64,000 nt of DNA from Felis catus (taxonomy: Eukaryota): NCBI RefSeq assembly GCF_018350175.1, contig NC_058382.1:53136001-53200000 (forward strand). Reading direction: 5' to 3'. Shown piece after piece: positions 12,598 through 24,292 of the stretch. Position 1 is the stretch's first letter. Every line of letters starts with the position of its first letter. The position numbers and the translations under genes are program-made. The notes under the pieces are model-generated. The model made no database searches. It was not told the origin of the DNA and saw only the letters and a list, made by a program, of their open reading frames with translations.

Positions 12598-12712
12598 ATG
12601 GTTTAGTGCATGGGTTAGGTAACGGATGCAACCATATCAGAGCGGGAACACTTTGCAAAATAGCACTAATGGGATGGGATTTGGCATTCTGAGCCTAGGA
12701 TCTATGCTCCAG

Positions 12713-12752
12713 CATTCATTCATTCATTCATTCATTCATTCATTCATTCATT
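12713..12752. repeat. (CATT)10 microsatellite, probably an expanded L2 3' tail
   Basis: Ten perfect units followed by L2-like atatttactaaatctctaccatgtac. Confidence 0.9.
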
Positions 12753-13575
12753 CCATATTTACTAAATCTCTACCATGTACCGTGTATATTATCTCTGTTA
12801 CTTCTTCTACAAATGTATCTATGCATATATATGTACATAAATGTATATAATGCCTAAATAAATGATATGTGTAGTACTTTGATGAACTGTGAACCACCAG
12901 AGTCATTTGGACTATAGATATGTTTTCTTTAGGCTTTTGAACCAGGAAGCGACGTTCAGACTGGAAGGGGTACTTGAACCGTAGGGGAAACTCGAGATTC
13001 GGGTGGGAGTGGGGTGAGAACAAAAGATAAAGAAACCATTCACCGTTTGGGATGATTATTTTAAAAGGTTCAAATCCCCGCATTCATAAAAATGATAATG
13101 TCCTGAGATAATAAAAAGATTGACAGATGGAAACTCACCAGATCAAGACGAAAGGGAGAAAAGGAAGAAAACCAGATTTTTAAACATCTTGGTTTCAAAA
13201 CAAAACAAAACAAAACAAGGAAAACAGAACATGAAGAAATGATAGGTTTCGGAAACCATAGGATGGTAGGTTTACAGCAGCACGATGTAAGAATGGATTG
13301 TTACGGCGTTGATTTTAGAGACAGGAAAGAGAAAAATAGTATCTCAAAGATGGGACACAGTGCATGTGTGTTTGGATCTTGGAAAGGCGTATGATACTGT
13401 CCCTCAAGAGATACCTAAAAGCAAGATGGGGAAATGTGAAATGGATGAGAAGAATTGGAGGGTTTGGAATTACTTAACCTTATTCCAGGAGATCCTTACA
13501 GATGCATTCTGTCTGACGTCAAGAGAAGGATCTGTAGGTGTTTGGGTTGGTCCTTTTTGAGTGCATTGTTATTTT

Positions 13576-13594
13576 TTAAATATTTATTTATTTT

Positions 13595-13644
<50 letters not shown>

Positions 13645-13810
13645 GAGAGGGAGGGAGGGACAGAGAGAACGGAAGAGAGAGAATCCCAAGCAGGTTCCAT
13701 CCTGTCAGCACACAGCCCAATGTGGGGCTTGATCTCGGGAACCATGAGATCATGACTTGAGCCAAAGCCAAGAGTTGGATGCTCAACCAACTGAGCCACC
13801 CAGGCGCCTC
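13576..13810 (-). mobile_element. CAN-SINE with an expanded (GA)n tract, inserted in L3
   Basis: Perfect 14-bp TSD tgcattgttatttt at 13562-13575 and 13811-13824. Confidence 0.96.
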
Positions 13811-14360
13811 TGCATTGTTATTTTGAATCAGGACTTCGAGATGTGCTCATTAAACGTACAGCCGGTACAAAACAGGCAAAGTCAGAAAGCTAGGTGATAG
13901 ATACATCAGGATCAAGAAAGATTTACACGTTTTACAACAAGGGACTCAAATCATCAACAGAGAATCTCTACGTGTCAAGTCTTGCATTGAAATTAGAAAC
14001 TTTTCTCTGTTTTTTCAAAATTACAAGATATAGTGGGTCCTGCCTGAAAAAGCTTCTAAGGAGAAAAAGCCCCACAGGGATGAGTTCTCCCCGGCAGTCG
14101 GGCAGCCATGAGACACAAATCCACTGATGTAGGTCAGATTAAGGGAGAGGGATCTTCCTGGGTTGTATAATCCAGATGAGGATGCCCCAGAGAAGGAAGG
14201 CAGTCAGGAAAGCATTCCATCTGAGCCTCATTTAAAAAGATGGGGAGTTGTTCACCTTGGAGAGGTAAAGATTCAGGAGTTACGTTCTCCCAAGTTACGA
14301 CCATCTTTCACATAAAAGCAATTGTGCACAAAGATATAATCAGATCTTGAACGATGAAGG

Positions 14361-14490
14361 CAGTGGTTCTCAGCGTAGGGTCCTGGCTCCCGCAGGATCA
14401 CCTAGAAACTTGTTAGAGAAGCAAACCCTTGCCCCCCACCTGAGACCCACTGAGTCACACACTTTGGGATGGAGCCTAGCCATCCGGGTT
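14361..14490 (+). mobile_element. MER5A DNA transposon fragment
   Basis: cagtggttctcag...atcacctagaaacttgttagagaagcaaaccctt...cccacctgagacccactgagtca. Confidence 0.8.
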
Positions 14491-14684
14491 GACTGCCTTT
14501 TGAATTCTTACTGGCAAAAACTTGGGATACTCCCCAGCTTGAAGCTTTGGCTAAGATTCCTGGGGGGTGAGGTGGAAAGATGTATATAGGAGGGTCAACT
14601 GTGCCCTTTCACAAGAGAATATGCACTTTTTTAAGTGCCTAGACTTCCCTCCTCCCCCCTTTTTTTAAACCAGGGTAGACAAGA

Positions 14685-14826
14685 TTTTATTTATTTTACT
14701 TTATTTATTTTATTATTTTATTTTATTTTATATAATTTATTGTCCAGTTAGCTAACCTACATTGTATGCAGTGTGCTGTTGGTTTCGGGGGCAGATTCCC
14801 ATGATTCCTCACTTACATACAACACC
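14685..14826 (-). mobile_element. Carnivore L1 extreme 3' end with (TTTTA)n tail
   Basis: Reverse strand reads ggtgttgtatgtaagtgaggaatcatgggaatctgcccccgaaacc...gttagctaactggacaataaattatat, then an A-rich tail. Confidence 0.85.
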
Positions 14827-16949
14827 TAGACTTTCACTTTTAAAGGGCTCTAGAGAACAGAGGTGGGACTAACATGGAGACGCTAAGGAGTAGATGATGC
14901 CTCATCAAGAAAGAAAGGATAAACTACCAGCGAAAGGTTTGGGACTATGAAGGAGAGGGTGGTCTCCTCACTGGGCTGAGCTGTGAGTTCTCCATTGCTG
15001 GAGGGAAATAAATGGCTCATCTTTTGTAGTAGAAAGGCCTGCACGTAAAAGTCTGGGTCAGACGAAGTGAAGATTGGTTCTAGTCTTATGTTTTCTGTCT
15101 CAAAGGGGATCAATTTCCTCTATCTCCGCTCTCAAAGGTCCACACAGCTGACTCTTTCATATCTACCCGGGTCACCTCCTCCCGGGAGGCAAGATGAGCC
15201 CCTGGACTTTTGCAGATTTCAACCCATTGAAAAGGAGAATAGGGAGTGGGGGGGGGGGTGCTCCTGAATTTTCTCCCTAGCAGTTCAAGATCAAATTCCA
15301 ACTCTGAAGTTGGTTATACTAGTAGAACTTCGGCTTCATGGAAACAAGCCACTATTCCAAGTTCCTAGTTTGTTTCTTGGGCAGCAGCTGAAGGTGGGCC
15401 TGAAACCCTTGAGTGGTGCCAGCTGCTAGATTTTCCTTTTTCTGATTACTTTCATCAAAAGAGGCAAAAGGAGACCATTAGCTACAAGCTCAACCCCAAC
15501 GCAGCCCCCTGACTGTATGTTTCGGGCAGTTACTTCGCATTGCTTTGGCTTCCTCGTCTGTAAAAGGAGGAGAATCAAACTAGTCAGTGAAGGTAGTGGC
15601 CATCCGTGGTCATCATGAAAGAGACAGGATGCTAAAGTGTATGTAACTTCAGCTTCACCTCTTCCCTGATCTTCCCAGGAGGAGTCTGTATTTCAGTTTC
15701 TCTGCTCACAGACGGTAAAGTTGCAGCACTGAAGAAAGCAAAGCAAGGTTACACATAAAAGGAGATGGAGGGGGTCCAGAAGGGCGTTCTAGATCAGAGG
15801 GCTGGGAGGAGGATGAAGGGGTGGGCTAGAGTTCGTAGGGGAACAGAGGAGGAGGAATGGGGGGCAGCTGACATGACGAGAGGGCTCTGGCAAAGTAAAC
15901 TGGTCTGCGTGGGATGTAGAATAATTCTCCCCTGACTGCCTTTTCAAATGGCCTCCGTAAAGACTTGCATTACTGCTCAAGGCTCTTGAGGTCAGAGGGA
16001 TGTTTCTTTTGCATTGGACACCGGAACTCACAGCAGGGGCCAACGTGACGACCATTTCTGTCTGCCAAAGAGATGAACCCAACTCTTGTCGGCCTGTCTG
16101 GGTTGCAACTGCCCAAGCTCAACCCATTCCCTCTGTCCACCCTCCCAACTTCCCCCATATAAATAAGACCCCCTTAATAAGATTATTGGAGCCTATTTCC
16201 AGTTGGGGGTTGACCAGGCAAGGCTCGTCTCATGCAAGGGGGTAGAATAAACACCCGAAGAACACAGTGGAGTCATTTTCAAACAATGCGTCCTGGCTAC
16301 GACTTGCTCGGAACACATCTTGGAGAAGTGGTCAGTGAAGGTTTGCAGAGAAGAGTTACCACCATAGTCCAGAGAACAATTTGACATGTACATGCCTGTA
16401 AAGATGGCTGAGCATAGGTGGGGTTTTTTTTTTTTTTTTTCAACTTCCCTTTCCAAAAGCATTTACTCTAATAAACATACAAGATGAAATAATGATCATG
16501 TCACCCGGTGCATAAGAAGGATAATAAGATATTAATATACAGCCCAAATAAATTCAACTCCCTTTGAGGGAAATAGCCAACTTGCCAATATGTATGAATC
16601 AATTTAACTTATAAAGGGAACAGAGTTGCTCATTGGATTACACCGAGAATAGTGATTAACAGACTGTCAATTCTAATATGAATTTTGTCTCTGCCCAAGT
16701 AAAGGTTTAAGATTCATTTCATTTTTATGCATAAAATTCTGCTTATTTTTTTCAATGTTAATCTCTCTATGTTCTCGCTATAAGAAAAAAATATGAGGAA
16801 AGGGTTGAAACGAAACCGAAAAAGTCTCAATCTTCTCTTTCAATACATGCAGGCATGTATTGTATCTATGTATGTCTTTTAAGGTAAGATTATACCTTAC
16901 GCACTGGATTCTCAGTTTGATTTCTTTTTTTTAACATGCGTCGATGTAT

Positions 16950-17300
16950 TTAATAGGTATTTTTGGAGCACCTACTAGGTGCCTGACTCTTTGTTAGGCT
17001 CCAAGGGATTGAAACCAGGAGCCTGCCCTCAGAGCTTAGAGTCGAGGGAACAGGAAGGAACAAAATCAAACCGTTAAATAAGTATATAATTGTAGACAAC
17101 TATGTAAGTTATACTGTATAAAATATATGATCACAAATTATGAAGTGATAGGATAGAAGAGAGGAGAAATTGGAAACACAAGTACAGGGAAGAGCTATTC
17201 AGTAATAGGGTCATGGATGCCTTTCTGAGAACATAAAAGGGGACAAGCCACCAAATATCCTTGGAGCCCAAAGAAGGCGGGTTTTGGCCAGAGAGAGTAT
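16950..17300 (-). mobile_element. L2 3' fragment
   Basis: tatttttggagcacctactaggtgcctgactct...cctgccctcagagcttagagtc. Confidence 0.65.
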
Positions 17301-19254
17301 TACAAAGTGTTATAAATAAATGCTCCATTGGGTTGGTATCATTATAAGCCCCACTTTACAGAAGGGGAACCTGGGGCTCTGGGAGCCCACAGACCTTTCT
17401 CAAAGACATACGTTCACTGTGGTTCCCACAACAGCCAGCTGACCGAGCTTTAGATCTGGTTAGGAGTTCAGCTGTCTAGCTACTCAACAACTTAACTACA
17501 CCCCGTGGCTTCGGAAGCCGATTTCCCTAGAGTCAATATGTGCTCAGAGAAGTCACACCTCCTGGTTTTGCTTCTGGAATTTTATCTTCCTTTTACAGTG
17601 AGCCCATTCGCCAGTAACCATTCCAGAAGCCGGCCGCACACAGCAAAAATGGCAGAGCCCTCTCCTCTGTGACCCAGTGAACCATGATGCCCTCCACAAA
17701 TGGGTGTCGGATGCTTCTAAGCATTTGCATTTGGTTGGCCATCCCACATCTCTGCCCTCTTAACCCTTCCCATAAGCATGCGGAGGAGACAGAAAATCAT
17801 CTTAATGCACAAAGGGCCAAGAGAGTGTCTCTTTTTCGGATCTATTTATATCCTTCCTAGCTAGATGGAAATCCACCCTTAAGGTCCCAACATCCACTAC
17901 TAAGGGAGAAAAACAAAACCCACCAGGTCAAAGCATGAGTCCCAATGGGAAGTTATTAGTGTCATTCTGGCATTATGCTAAGTCTGGACCATCATTATAC
18001 ATGAAAGCCAATGCATGTTGGATAAGGCAATGGTTGCCAGGGCACTCACTCTGAGGCTGTGTGTGTGTGTGTGTGTGCGCAATCTTTATTACAAGTAATG
18101 TAATAATGGGTACTTATTGATCACCTGTATATGCCTAGAACTTTGAGGAGGACAGCATGTTTAAACAGGATCACGAGGACAGACTCGAGTTCTAATGTCT
18201 GTATCACAAATATTTGCAACTCAGCTACACCACTTATAACACTTGCTACATACAAGAAATTCTGGTAACCCGAGTGAAACTAAAGAGTAAAGAATGGCAA
18301 AGCATTAGAATCACCACACGAGGATTCCAAACAAGAAAGTTAGGTAATTTCTTATTAATTTTCTTGGGGGCCGAAGTTTTATTCCGTGACTGCTCAGGAG
18401 AGTGCATAGTCGATTGGAAACAAATAATAAATAGTAATAATTGCTTCATGAATGGGCGAAAACATAGTGAGCTTGTAATGTGATGAGATTCTCATCTTGA
18501 GCCTTCTGCATCGTTTTGTTAAAATATCCATTTTAGACTCAGAACTAAAGTACAGGGTCTGCTGTCCCGTTTTCACTTCCTTCTCTTTCTCAGCACTTAA
18601 GTGATATAGAAGATATATGAAGAATTGAAATAAATAAATGCATAATTATGTTCATTTATAATGCATTAAATTCAGCTACATATATTTGCCCGAGTTGTGC
18701 GTGCTGGTCTGGCCGGCGGATAAATAGCAGGCATTTTATAACCTTTACAGAGTGTTCATATTTCTTGCCTGTTATGATTTCTACATTATAGTAAAAGTAA
18801 GTCATGCAGATGTTTAAAAAGCCAACTCTCTGCTCCCGGATGGATTCTTCACCTCAGTCCCTGGGCCTTAAGTGGAAGATTCTAAGAGTGAACGTACCCG
18901 CCACCATATCCAACCCACGTGATATTTCCCTCAACAAGTAGAGGCCATTTTCTCGTTTGTTTCCCTCGAACGTGTATTAAATCCATTTTAAAAACCAAAC
19001 AAATAACTATGGGGCAATCTGCCTATCAGAGCAAAGCTCTCTCTCCATCTAGAAGCCCTTGCTCATTTGTTTTTCCTTATCTCTTTCCAAGAAACAATAG
19101 GTAATAAAACGCCGTGAAAAAAAGAAAACTAAGTGATTTCAGAAAAGACTGAAATTTGCTGATCTCTACAAGACACAGAAAACACAGAAAATGTAGGGGT
19201 CTCGAGAACAGGGCAGGGAGGAATATGCTGTCTACATGGAGCATGACATTAGTG

Positions 19255-19400
19255 TCTCTTACCCATGTCTCACAACAACCAGGGAAACTAGGAGGGGGGG
19301 GGGGACTGTCCATTTCACAGGTGAGAAAACTGAGGCCCAGAGAAGTTACGTGGTCAGCTTCCTAGCGCCCCGCTAATTAGTCACCGGATCCCAACTTCAG
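19255..19400 (-). mobile_element. MIR fragment
   Basis: ccatttcacaggtgagaaaactgaggcccagagaagtta MIR core. Confidence 0.8.
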
Positions 19401-20049
19401 CTAGCTTGACTTGCAGTGCATGCTTCTTCCATGTTCTAGAATGGTTTTACTACCCTGCCTTATTATTACTGCCCTATAAGGAGGCCCCTTCAAATGGAGT
19501 CTTGAAAGGCACGGAATTGGATGCGTTTCAAAGACAGTAATCCGCTTCAGAGACTCGACCACCCGTGAAGCCGGACCACGTCTGGCTGTGGCAGGACGGG
19601 CTGGGTCGCGCACTTTGGGAAGGATCCCCAAAGTTGGCTCTTGGAAACAGCCAACGGGAAGACTCGATCCAAGTCTCGATCCTTCCCCACCACCACAGAG
19701 CTGCTCCCACCGGCTACAGACCGGCCGTCTTTTGGATCTGCCTTGACCTTGGCTCAGGAAAGAAAAGAAGAAACCACCTTTTCTTCGGTTTGGGAACACC
19801 AGGCGGCCTTTTACACACTTGCCTTGTTGGTTATCACATCCTTAGACATTTTTCTCACTTCTTTCCTCTTTTTTTTTTTTTTTTTTTTTGGAGAAAGATT
19901 TTCAAGCGGCTCTCTTGCATGGTGGGTGTGCACACACACGTGTGTGTATGTGCCTGGGCCCGTGCCGGTGCCCCGTGCATGAACGTGTTCCCGAATCTTG
20001 GGGGTGAGGCTGACGGTGTGGGAGCACTACCTGGCCTTGGCCAATCTGA

Positions 20050-20480
20050 ACAGCTCTCCTTGGAAGCCGGGTTTATTTCGGCAACACTGCATTTCTCCCC
20101 AGTTTCCCCTGACCTCCTGTATTGCTGTCGGTGGATTATTTTTTTACCGAGGGAGATACTTAGGCATGGGCTGGAGGAGATAAGTGATATGGTCAAATCA
20201 CCACTGCCAAAGCTTGAAATTCCTGACCACTTTAATAGCTCTGGCTGACCTCTAAATGAAACGCCACCTTTGGTTATTAACATGTCTCTCTCCGCTTTTA
20301 TGATTTTTCGGAACATAATTTGTCACAGTTTTTATCTGCACAGAGCAAGCTTTAAGCTTTTAAAAATGTGAGTTATCTTTTTACAACTGCTAACAATTAC
20401 ACATCACGGAACAGCCTGCTCTGAAAACCAATTATGAAAAGCCGGCATGGATTCTGCATTCAGCCCCGGAGTGTGCTCTC
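20050..20480. promoter_or_regulatory. Candidate enhancer / conserved non-coding element
   Basis: Repeat-free, AT-richer than its flanks, with TTTTATGA, TAAT/ATTA and GATA motifs; inferred from composition only. Confidence 0.4.
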
Positions 20481-23400
20481 GCCACGGCGGAATTCTAGAT
20501 TTCTGAACTCTGGCCAACGGAGCTGCTGGTGCTCGGGAACTGGGAACCAGAAACCGAGCTTGGAAATGGCTTGTGCGATCCGGGAGATAAGATAGAGGCA
20601 GAGAGATTAATTGTCCTTGTTCCGTGTGGTCATCTGATAACCGGACCACAGGGCCTTTCCATGTCTGAATGTGGGGTGGGGGTGGGGGTGGGGGGTGCTT
20701 CTGCCGGAGGAGGGCTTGCTCGCACCCGGGCATCCCATGTTGTCTTTCAAAGGCCACCTGCTTGCCCTGAGATGCTTATCAGGGAGGGTGCTGGCTGCTG
20801 TTTCAGCCTCACAGGTTCCCGCCATCTCGGGACAGAAGCACACGGTCTTGGGATTAATGAGCACATGCCTCTCAAAGATGGGGGAGTGGATTAAATAAGC
20901 AACAGTAAGTTATTTTATTACGTGAGTTGCTTTATTCCTGCTTTTATCCCTAGGTGTCTGCCCAGAGCTGAGGGGTCCAGGGTCCGAAGCACAGCCAGAG
21001 ACAGGAGGGGAGCATCAGACGGCACAAAGGGCGCCTTCTCGCCCTGTGGATCAAGGTGAAAAGGTTTGTATTTCGTGGCAGTTGAGACGCTGATGAAGAA
21101 GTGGCAGGAAATGGTGTGACAGCTAGGGGCAGCCTTTTCAATACGAGATTGAAAGCAACATCTGCGGTTAGACCACGGAAAAAATGTAGAGCAGGGAGTG
21201 ACATGGGGCCGCCCGGGAGGGGAGCCCCCTCGCCCCGCAAGCACGGGCCCCCTCCGCCAGCGGCCCCCATGCGGGAACCCGGGCAAGCTCCTGCGTCCAG
21301 GAGATGCTTGGTGAAGGGTGAACGGAAGGACCCAACAGAAAAGCGGCGACTTTCGGGTGTCCCGTCCTCGTCTCCTTCCCGAGGGGGCTGATGGAAAGCG
21401 TGGCCCCCACCCCCATTCCCGGAAAAGGCAAGACCTTAAAGACAGAGGATGGGGAGAGAACAAAAGGAGTACAAGAGAGTTTGATAGCCCGGGGCTGACC
21501 CGCCCAAGACGGGCTGTGCTTTGGTGGATTATCTCACCCAAGCCCTCGTCAGCCAAACAGTGCCCGAGAATGGTCCTGATGAGAGTTTTACATACCAAGT
21601 AGGATTCGCAGTTGTCAGGGAGGAAGGAAGGACTGGCAGAAGCCTGAAACCCACCCAAGTCACCACGCCAGACAGGTGGCACCGCGGGGACCAGAGCCCA
21701 TGCCCATCCGGCCATCCCGGAAGCTCGCCCTCCTTCAGCCAGCAGGACACCAAAGGTGCCCCTGCAGCCTGCCAGGTGCCAAACTCAGGGAGGCTCCAAT
21801 GGAGACCTGAGATGTGACCATGCACATGGCAGGGGGCGGGGCGGGGCGGGGGAGGGGGTTCTCTGCTTCCTGCGGCCGAGTAAATGGAGGCACCCCAATA
21901 ACAGAGGCCCCGTTCTGGGCCCTGGCAGCTCCTGCCTCCCTCTTAAAGGAACTATTAAAAGACTCTCTTCCAGGAAGTGATTTTTTTTTTTTTTTTCTCT
22001 GTCCTTTCCAGGACCACTGTCTGCCTCGGCCCCCGGGGGGTAAAACGTTCCCTCTGTTCCCGTCTCCCTGGCAGGAAATCCATTCAGAAAGGATGTTGAT
22101 TATCCTCTTTAGCAGTTATTTCCTTTACATGATTTCGATTCCGTTATTTCTCATTATACTCCCAATATGTTTTGGCAGCCCGGGCTTGCAGATGGGAACA
22201 AACAAAGGCTTCGACAGTCCTTGGACTGTACCTTCTGACTTGACTCCAAAATGCTGTCTTTGGGGGCTGGCCATTCCCTTGCAGGGTTGGGCTGGGGTCG
22301 GGGGGGGGGGGGAGGGCCAGGGCTCATTTGCATGGCCGGCCAGCACCCCGGGTTGGCTGGTTTCCAGAACGCAGGATTCACAGACAGGGCTGCAGAGGGT
22401 GGGACGTCCAGTCCGCTCATTGGGTGGAGTCAGGGCCGTGCCCCCCAGGCTCTCTCGGAGGAGAGGGTAATGCCAGGAGACACAGACTTCATCCTCTACC
22501 CATCCTGTTGTTCCCTGATGGACCTTTGGCCCAACTCGCCCTCTGTGCTAGTCACAACGAGCCACCTCCAGGCAGCCCTTTGTTAGGGGGACAGACCAAG
22601 TTGCCACATGTGTGACAGCACCCTCCTCTTACCCTAGGGGACTAGATCAAGGTGGACTGTATACCGAAGGGAAGTCTATCCAGAGGCAACCTGGTGACCC
22701 GGAACATGGATACCTGGCCAGCCAGGTCCTCTCTCTCTGGCTTGAACCAGGACATTAAACGCCTGAGCCAGCAATGGGCGGGTGGTAAAGTGGACAGAGG
22801 TATTTATAGAGGGGCTTGATGCTTGCAGGGCCGGGACAACTGAGGAGGATGTCAAAACAATAAGCAAACAGAAGAAGGCGGCTCACGAGACTCAGGGTCA
22901 CGGTCCCCCTTTTGAGCGTTTACAGGTGCTGAGCACAGTCCCAGGACCTTGTCTGTTTCGCCCCACTTTACCCGCAAAGAAACCCTCTGAAGTAGGTTTG
23001 AGATGCTCCCTGGTTCCCAGATAAGGACATTAATTTCCCAGGTACGTTCTCTAAAGGTCGTGTTCTTTACAGTCGCATGCTGTCCATGTGGTCGCTCAGG
23101 TAGTTCTCAACAAAGCGAGAAAAATAAAGCAAGAACCCAGAGAGAGAAGAGCCGGAGAAGATCCTGCTCAGCGCTGCCACAGACCCCACGCAGACTAGCC
23201 CAGGCCGGGGAGGGAAAGAAGCCTCCTTCCATTCTTGCGGGAACGTGATCGGATCTCTATTCCCGGCGGCCAGGAGGCAGACTGAAAACCTTCCTCCCAG
23301 ACTCCGTTTAAAAGTCTTTTCTGCCGGGAGGCTCTCCATGACTTCCTCCTTCTCCCACGGGCCAAATTGGTTCCTCCGTCCCCTGGGCCTCCCCGGCGGC

Positions 23401-23605
23401 TGGCTCATACATCTTTCACGGCCTCTGTCTCACTGTATTTTGATTATTTGTTTACAGCTCTGTTTCCCCCAACCAGACAGGACACGTGTTCTTTAAATCC
23501 CAGCACACAGCACAGAACTGAGTATGTAGTAGGTGCTTATTAAATGCTCATTAAATTTGTGCATTCTTCCAATCGGTATGTATGGTGCCAGAAATTGCTC
23601 TAGGC

Positions 23606-23834
23606 CAGGGGTCTGCAAACTGTGGTCTCCGGGCCACATTCGGTCCTCTGCCTGTTTCCGGGAAATAAAGTTTTATTGGAATGCGGCTAACGTTTCTTCA
23701 TTTATGTGTGTCTATGGCCGCTTTCGTGCTATAATAGTGGAGTTGAGCAGTTGTGAAAGAGACCATGTAATGCGGCCCACAAAGCTGAAAATATTTCCTC
23801 TCGGGCCTTTACGGAAAAAGGGAGCCAACCTCTG
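23606..23834 (+). mobile_element. MER58A DNA transposon, near full length
   Basis: caggggtctgcaaactgtgg...aataaagttttattggaa...gagttgagcagttgtgaaagagacc...gccaacctctg. Confidence 0.88.
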
Positions 23835-23842
23835 GTCGAAGT

Positions 23843-24003
23843 GAATGATTCTCAAATTTGCCTACACATCCAGAAACTTCAAAACACCCTATGGTCTGTG
23901 TCTCACCTCCAGAGATGGAAACTCGCCTGTTCTGGCCTGGGTTTGGGGAATCGTACAAGATTCCTAAGTGATTCTACTGTGCAGACAGGCTGGAGAACCA
24001 CTA
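23843..24003. mobile_element. MER5-family DNA transposon
   Basis: tgattctcaaattt...aagtgattctactgtgcagacaggctggagaaccact. Confidence 0.7.
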
Positions 24004-24091
24004 TTCCAGGCACTGGAGGCTAGTTAGTCGTGGTTCCACCAAATTAGTAATGAGAGTAAGAACAGCAATTGTAGCAAATTAGTATTTAGTT

Positions 24092-24292
24092 GGGGCGCCT
24101 GGGTGACTCAGTCGGTGAAGCGTCCGACTTCAGCTCAGGTCGTGATCTCACGGTTCCTGAGTTCGAGGTCTGTGTCAGGTTCTGGGCTGACAGCTGAGAG
24201 CCTGGGGCCTGCTTCGGATTCTGTGTCTCCCTCTCTCTCTCTGCGCCTCCCTCACTCACGCTCTGTCTCCCTCTCTCCCTCTCATAAATATT
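24092..24292 (+). mobile_element. CAN-SINE
   Basis: ggggcgcctgggtgactcagtcgg head and CT tract; eroded tail. Confidence 0.94.

Larger units (their letters stand above)
12920..15100 (+). mobile_element. L3/CR1 LINE fossil, from the RT region to the 3' end, with nested insertions
   Basis: ORF 13309-13560 reads DTVHVCLDLGKAYDTVPQEI..KMGKCEMD, resembling CR1 RT VDVxYLDFSKAFDTVSHxILxxKLxKCGLD; collinear L3-like DNA on both sides (ttcagactggaagggg, ggttcaaatcc, atcaggatcaagaaagat, tgttcaccttggagagg, gtgagttctccattgctggagg). Confidence 0.78.

Noticed and set aside
12322..12610. Possible TSD aaatggt...tgc around the felid L1 fragment
   Set aside because: Too degenerate for such a young element, and about 28 nt at the 5' junction remain unexplained
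13309..13560. Reverse-transcriptase-like ORF as a functional or domesticated RT gene
   Set aside because: Only 83 codons, stop codons on both sides, interrupted by a SINE, catalytic motif decayed; treated as an L3 fossil
20918..21715. Longest ORF (265 aa), plus other long ORFs such as 19565-20248, 21814-22470 and 32644-33273
   Set aside because: No recognisable domain; Pro/Gly/Arg/Ser-rich composition expected from GC-rich non-coding DNA; several run through homopolymer tracts; overlapping ORFs in multiple frames
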